A stretch of 64,000 nt of DNA from Amoeboaphelidium occidentale (Eukaryota): assembly GCA_023515795.1 (NCBI GenBank), contig JALGPX010000028.1:1-64000 (forward strand), given 5' to 3'. The position numbers were made by a program, and so were the translations under genes. Positions 57,451 through 64,000 of this stretch are shown here, one piece after another (positions within the stretch are counted from its first letter, which is position 1; each line of letters starts with the position of its first letter). Below the pieces are notes generated by a model. That model was not told the origin of the DNA and ran no database searches. It was given only the letters and a program-made list of their open reading frames with translations.

Positions 57451-60165
57451 TTAGATTTGGGGCAATTCAGCAGATTCTTCATTCAACTCGTCCATCAACT
57501 TATCAAACTCGGCCAAACTAAAGTTACGGTGCAACTCAGTACTCAACTGTTTCAACATATCTTCTCTGGAGCCTCCTTTCTTTAATAACTCCTTAAGAGC
57601 ATTCTTTGCCTGCACGTCTCTCTGACGTTCACTTGAACTCTTGCCAGTTGTTAACAAATCCATGTCAATAAGTCCAGTAATTGGATCCAAGCAACTCAAC
57701 ATAAGCGCATCCTTGATCAACCTTACGGTCTCAACCGCATCATTTAGTTCAACAGTCTCAGACAGACGCATCTTTGCATGCGCTTCAGCTAAACGGACCA
57801 TACCTTCTAATAAACGTGTCGTGGCTGACAAGTTGCGATTGTTCCTGAATTGAACATACTCCTGGCAAATAAATTCAACAACTTCGTCAGATAACTCTGG
57901 CTGGATGTTTCTCCTGGCATGGCTAATATACGCAGAGAATGTCGGAATATCAACAATATCTTGCAGCCTGCTCTGCAACTCAGCATCAGGCGGCATGTAC
58001 AATGAAACAATATGATGGGCTAACATAGTATCGTTACCTTCATCTTGCTTGTCTAACATAAGATAGATAACATCAAATCTAGACAACAATGTTGGAGGCA
58101 AGTTCAAATTCTTTGGTAAAGACAATTTAGCATTCCATTTAGAGTGAATAGGATTAGCAGCTGCAAGAAGCGACGTTCTAGCATTCAGAGTAGCAATGAT
58201 ACCACTCTTTGCAACAGAAACAGTCTGCTGTTCCATGACTTCGTGTAAAATAGACCTTGTACTATCATTCATCTTATCAAACTCATCGATGCAACAGATT
58301 CCTCCATCAGACAAGACTAATGCACCGCTCTCCAGAACAAGTTGCTTTGTTTCAGCGTCTCTAGTCACAGATGCTGTCAAACCAACTGAAGAAGAACCTT
58401 TGCCAGAGGTATACAAGCCTCTTGGAGCCAATCTGTGAGCATACATAAGAAGTTGAGACTTACTTGTTGCTGGATCACCACAAAGCAACACATGGATATT
58501 CCCTCTTTTCTTAGGGCCATCTTTCAAGTCACTTCCTCCAAAAAGCTGAAGCAATACAGCCTTCTTTGCATCTAAATGACCAAAAATTGAAGGAGCCAAT
58601 GATTTTGCAAGTCTCTCAAACAGATTCGGATCTTTCGACAACTCAGTTATTTTTTCCATCAAACCTATTCCACGTGTGTCATCAAGTTTGCTCTCAAGCA
58701 TATACTCAATCCTTTCAGAGTCTTTTTCCAACAAGTCTTCGTTCTTGTCTGCTTCTTGAACGCTCTTAATGTTGTTGTGATGAATTCCCCTGATATGCAA
58801 AACATCAACAAAAGTTTTGAAAACAGCCTTAGTCACCGTTTGCTTAGGATTAATACGAACCGGCATACCCTTGTAAATCCCAGTAACTTCGATTCGATCA
58901 CCAGCCTTGGTACAATCAACCAGCTCGTCATAAACAACAAGATGAACCGTTTGCGGTGTCTGACCATCTTGAACTTTATCAGGCATTTCTTGCATTCTGA
59001 TAATCTGCTTACTGTAGAACGAAGATCTTTCCGAAACAAACTGCATGTATCCACCGCAACCTTCTCTCATACAAAAATTTGGATCATCCAGTTTTCCGTT
59101 ATCGACTTGAACAATAACCGAGTGATCACACTTATTGCATGTAAAAAAGCCTGAGCGTAATTCTGGAATAACACTGCTAACTCTGATGACAAACCCCTTG
59201 ACGGTGGTCAACTTTTCCAAGTCTTCAGGGTTCAACTCGCGCAAATTAATTTCTCTCTGCAAATTATATGGCCTAACTCTCATGGCAACATCATCAAGAG
59301 AGATCTCATCCAAATCCGAATTTCTCACCAATTCTTGAGCAACCATTGTTACAACATGATCGAATACACTCAAAATAATTTCTTGAGGATAATTAACAAG
59401 CTGATCATACAATTGTTGTCCAACTTCGCCATATGCTTTCAAATTCATGCAGTCCAAGTTCAGCTGAGTTACACCATCTGCAAGACGCTGCAACAAAATC
59501 TTTGGATAGTAGGGTCTGCGATCTTCGTCGCTAATCTCTTGAGAGCATTTTCTGCCATTTGTCAATAACTCCCACTCCAACCTTGTCGCAATAGTAAAAT
59601 TCATAAGAAAATCACGGAACTTGACCATGGACTCATTAGGATCCACTTTCGTGCCCCAAACAAACATTTTGATCGCAGCAGGATCAGCTTCACTCATAAC
59701 AGCATCTGTTCCGGGATTCAAATCATCACTCTCAAGGCGATCCATACTGCGTGGTGCATCATTCTGACGAACTAAAAATTGTCTCAGATTATGGTTCGCT
59801 GCAATATCGTTCCTTTGTGAATTTCTGGGAGTTGAAACAGCAGTTCTATCCAAAGCAGAATTAAAATCAGATCTTAAACCAGCGGTAGAAGGATAAACCA
59901 TGGGCGAGCTCTCGTCTAAAATCAATTAAAGCTTGGCACGCATAACAAAATTACTTTGAGGAACTGGGCGGTTTGCTCTGACAGGAGTCTTTGGGATTTG
60001 TCCTACTTCCGAATTTGGGTCCATATTTTCCTTTGCATCCTCATGAGAATAATTCATTGGGGATGATGAGCCCTTCTTCGTTTGGGATTCATTTCTTAAT
60101 TGCTGCACTCTTGGAGTTCCGAACTGTCTTGGCTTCTGGTCTGAAGGACGCACAGGAGAAGTCAT
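57451..60165 (-). CDS. MCM4: DNA replication licensing factor Mcm4 (one 5' intron)
   Basis: SP/TP-rich N-terminus, VWGT, YPQEII, GQTP.TV, GDPATSKSQLL, QLVLESGALVLSDGGICCIDEFDKM, LLSRFD. Confidence 0.95.
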
Positions 60166-60320
60166 CTCGTAGATTGTTGAAACAACAACAACAATTCCCG
60201 TAACAACAATAACAGCTTCGATTCTGTTTGAGGGCCTTCCTTTCGCATCATTAAAATTTAATTTATTGTTAAAGTGCCCCAGTTCACTTCAGCATAATTT
60301 TTCCGTGTATTGAATTCATC

Positions 60321-61729
60321 ATGAGTGCGACTGAAGGTGCGATATCGCGTCCAATTAAGCTGACCTCTCCTTAGATTTAACCTCAAAGATGGATAACTTG
60401 GACGCTTCAAAGGAAGAACCTATTCCGGTTAAGCCTACCGCCTTGCTCGAGTCAAAGCACGATGTTGAGATCGAATTGGCAGATGATTCCGATAGGGCTA
60501 AGTTGCTATCTGCTACAACATTCGAGGCGATCATCTCTAATCCTGATATACTTAAAGGAGTCTACGCCATGGGATATCAGAAGCCTTCGAAAATTCAAGG
60601 AACTGCTGTGCCCTTGTTGTTGAGTACTCCGTATAAGAATTTTATTGGTCAAAGCCAGAGCGGTTCAGGAAAGACTGGTGCATTTTCGCTTACGATTCTG
60701 TCTCGTATAGACAAGAGCATTGGACAGACCCAGGCACTTGTTTTGGCACCCACAAGAGAGCTTGCTAATCAGATAATTAGCGTTATCAAGCAGATGTCCC
60801 AATTTTCCGGAATAAGCAGCGTACTGGCTGTTAAAGATTCCGTTCCGCGTGGTGGCACATTATCAGATCATATTGTTGTTGGTACACCTGGAACTGTGCA
60901 AGATTTGTTGCGTAGGAAGGCTATTTTAGCGGATCAGATCCGTATATTTGTTATTGATGAAGCTGATGTATGTTATACTTAAAATCTGATTATTAACTCT
61001 TTAAAGGTGATGTTGGACCACCAGGGAATGGGAGATCAAACTATCAAAGTCAAGAAGTTTTTACCAAGAGACTGCCAGATTGTTTTGTTTTCTGCTACTT
61101 ACAGGGAAGATGTTGCAAGATTTGCTGAGAGAGTAGTCCCTAATGCAAATAAGATCAGTTTAAAGAGAGAAGAATTATCTGTGGATGCTATTAAGCAGCT
61201 GTACATTGATTGTCAGAACGAAGAAGAAAAGGCTCGTGTTTTGTCGCTCATGTATGGAGTTTGTACCATTGGTCAGAGCATAGTTTTTTGCAATCGTAAA
61301 GACACGAGTGAGAAAATTGCAGCAAAACTAAGAGCAGACGGTCATCTGGTCACTGTTATTCACGGATCGCTTGACCCGTCAGAGAGAGATCGCATATTTA
61401 ATTCTTATAAGAACGGTGAAACTAAAGTTCTGATATCCACCAATGTTCTGGCAAGAGGAATCGATGTTCTAGATGTCAACGTGGTCATTAACTTTGATCT
61501 GCCAACAGACCAGAGAGGAAATCCAGACTTTGAAACGTATTTGCACAGAATCGGAAGAACTGGCCGTTTTGGAAGACATGGAATAAGTGTAAATTTAGTG
61601 CACGACGGAAAAACAAGATCGCTGAATGCAGAAATTGAAAAGTATTTCGGAAAGATGATAACAAAGGTCAGTGCTGAAGATCCTGTTGTTATGGAAAAGG
61701 AACTGAAAGATGCCCTAAAGAACCGTTAA
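60321..61729 (+). CDS. DBP5: DEAD-box RNA helicase Dbp5 (two introns)
   Basis: MGYQKPSKIQ, QSQSGSGKT, APTRELA, DEAD, SAT, TNVLARGID, YLHRIGRTGRFG. Confidence 0.95.
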
Positions 61730-61755
61730 CAAAAAATAAAACACATAATGCTAAT

Positions 61756-62327
61756 CTATTCGACTTCCATTTCCCTGTCTCCCTTGACTTCCTTGATAAA
61801 ATGGTCCACTTCCTTGCGCTTCTGTGAGGTCGAAGCCAAAACCAAATCAATATTCTTCTCGATTTCCTTAATATTGTCAGCTCTCTCTGCTTCCAAATCT
61901 GGTTGTAAACGGTTCTTAATAAAACGAGCCTGTCTTGCTTGCCTGATCTCCAGTACGCGCTTCATTGCTTTGAGGGTGCTTTCCATCTTCTCTCTGTTGT
62001 ACTTTACAGGAACATTTCTGCGCTTTTCAAATTCAAACGTCGAGTCCTACGTAGATTTGCATTAGAAAGCGCGTCATAATGAGATTACCAAAGTCATATC
62101 TTTTCCTTGAGCTCTACGGAAGGCTTTAGTCCATGCGACCTTTCGTGGGTTTCTCTTCATCTTGAAGTTCTTGTGGCATTTTGAACGACAGAATCTGAAT
62201 GCCTACGAGCGATCAATTATCAGAGCACGTTAACACAAAGCCATACCTTGCTATCGTTTCTTACAAACATTATACCTTTGCCTGGATAGACATTGCTAGA
62301 GCAAAAGTAACACTTCTCAATACGCAT
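61756..62327 (-). CDS. RLP24: Ribosome biogenesis protein Rlp24 (two introns)
   Basis: [56 protein letters not shown]. Confidence 0.93.
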
Positions 62328-62386
62328 TTCAAGAAGTCTGAAGGATTTTGCAGAAAAAAATTATGAAAAGTTTTCTCAATAGTAAT

Positions 62387-62759
62387 ATGGCAACGCCTTT
62401 AATAGTGGGCATTGGAGTAGCAGCTGCAGCGTTCGGCTCTAAACTTGCGATCCAAGCGTATAAGCAACATGGACATAAATTAGCGTCGATATCATTGCCT
62501 GTTGGATCGATTTATTATCGTGGTGGATTCGAAGCAGAAATGACCAAGCGAGAGGCTTTGCTAATACTGGGCTTACGGTAAGTTGAATAGCTTTGCTTTA
62601 ATCTTATCATTTTATAGTGAGGGCGCAACCAAGGACAAAATGAAGGAAGCTCATAGGAGGATAATGTTGCTAAACCATCCTGATCGTGGTGGCTCGCCTT
62701 TTATTGCTTCAAAGATAAATGAAGCCAAGAATCTATTAGACAAGCAAATAAGGAGATGA
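62387..62759 (+). CDS. PAM18: Mitochondrial import J-protein Pam18/Tim14 (one intron)
   Basis: [46 protein letters not shown]. Confidence 0.93.
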
Positions 62760-63004
62760 GATGCAATAGAAGATTATGTTTTACGCGTGTGTGAACTGCC
62801 GATATATCTAAATAAAATCTTTACGTAATAACAGATCGTCTGCCCAGACCACCCTTGTGAACATTCATTCGTGGGCTGCCATGCCTGCCATTGCCCTGTA
62901 ACAACTTTAATCGTTTCTGAGTCGCTGCGTCACGAAAAGCTCTTCGGGAAATTCGATCGCCCGCCACGCTGATCGCAGCTTTAGCCTTCAAAACGACAGG
63001 AAGA

Positions 63005-63771
63005 ATGGAAGAGAACGGAGGCGGTAGTGCAAACGGAGACAATTTTCCATTGCCAGAAATTACATCAGCTGCGTTGTACGTTGGCAATTTGCCTTACAAT
63101 GCGCGCTGGCAACAGTTGAAGGATCACTTCAAGGAAATTGGTAATTGACTTCTTGCTGTTAAAAGCCCTCTAATTAATGCGCTCTGTTATAGGCGATGTT
63201 GTTTACGCTGATATTCCAAGAGGTCAGGACAACAGATCCCGTGGGTTTGGTATTGTCAAGTTTGCTACCATTGAAGAGGCAAAGAAGGCTGCTGAAATGT
63301 ATCATGGTCAGGAATGGCTTGGGTAACGTGTTTTGGTTATAATTTGTCTCATCCATGCTTTATAGACGTCGTCTTATCATCAAGAACGATGAGAAGCCAG
63401 ATTACAACAGACCTCCTTCCAACCAGAGAGGCCGTGGTGGTTATGCTAACAATGGCGCTCCAAGAAGACCTCAGTCTAACCCTAATCAGTTGTTTGTCGG
63501 TAACTTGCCATGGTCCACCACTTGGCAAGACTTGAAGGATATTGCTAAGGACAACGGATTCAACCCAGTTAGAGCTGATGTTGCTATGAGTTACGATGGA
63601 AAATCAAGGGGTTGGGGAACTTTGGCTTTTGAAACTGAAGATGAGGCTAAGAGAGCACAGGGTAATTTCCCCTTGTAATTGTGTTGTTTAACTTTGATAG
63701 ACGTTTTGAATGGCATCGAATTGAACGGACGTCAATTGGAAGTTCGCGAAGACAACAAGGCAGGTCGTTAA
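63005..63771 (+). CDS. Two-RRM RNA-binding protein, Gbp2/Hrb1-like (three introns)
   Basis: LYVGNLPYNARWQQLKDHF and LFVGNLPWSTTWQDLKD RRMs; GRSRGFG-type RNP1; LNGRQLEVRED. Confidence 0.85.
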
Positions 63772-64000
63772 AGATAAACTGCAATATAATTCAAATATAA
63801 AATTGTCCAGATTTTCTGTTTTGTCGGGGCTGAAGATGTAGCTTGAGATGGTAGAGCCAAGATTTCGTGATTATCACCTTCATAGCGTGCATTAATTCAG
63901 TCTTTCCTTGCGCCTTGTACCCAGAAAATGTAAAATAAGACGAAGTTAGGTCCTGTTTTAACAATGAAATCGCATTAAGCGCAATGTGAAACCGTCGGTT

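Noticed and set aside
1..64000. Reassigned genetic code (TAA/TAG read as Gln, as known in one aphelid)
   Set aside because: Long conserved ORFs have no internal TAA/TAG and end at TAA, TAG or TGA where expected; apparent breaks are explained by short introns.
1..64000. CRISPR array, rRNA or spliceosomal snRNA genes
   Set aside because: No regularly spaced repeat-spacer units, and no rRNA or U1/U2/U5/U6 signature sequences were seen.

Overview
Eukaryotic nuclear DNA from a very compact, gene-dense genome that uses the standard code. It carries about 45 mostly housekeeping protein-coding genes with tiny GT-AG introns (about 31-53 nt) and two tRNA genes. Gene content is fungal-like (Atg22, Sip5, Rit1, HAM1-like, Kre9-like) but keeps MMAB, MCFD2-like and complex I assembly genes. 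This points, by inference only, to an early-diverging fungus or aphelid-like holomycote. Several near-identical repeats next to Ns look like assembly or haplotype artefacts. The most interesting non-housekeeping signals are: (1) a decayed TnpB/Fanzor RNA-guided nuclease C-terminus at about 32.72-32.95 kb; (2) a tRNA-derived SINE-like insertion with a perfect 14-bp target-site duplication just upstream of it; (3) probable non-AUG initiation of mitochondrial forms of AlaRS and TrpRS; (4) a tandem pair of intronless orphan genes beside tRNA-Ala with conserved AP-1/Gcn4 sites; (5) head-to-head genes whose start codons are only 10-12 bp apart; (6) a pair of fucosyltransferase-like genes. All calls come from reading motifs by eye; no database search was run.
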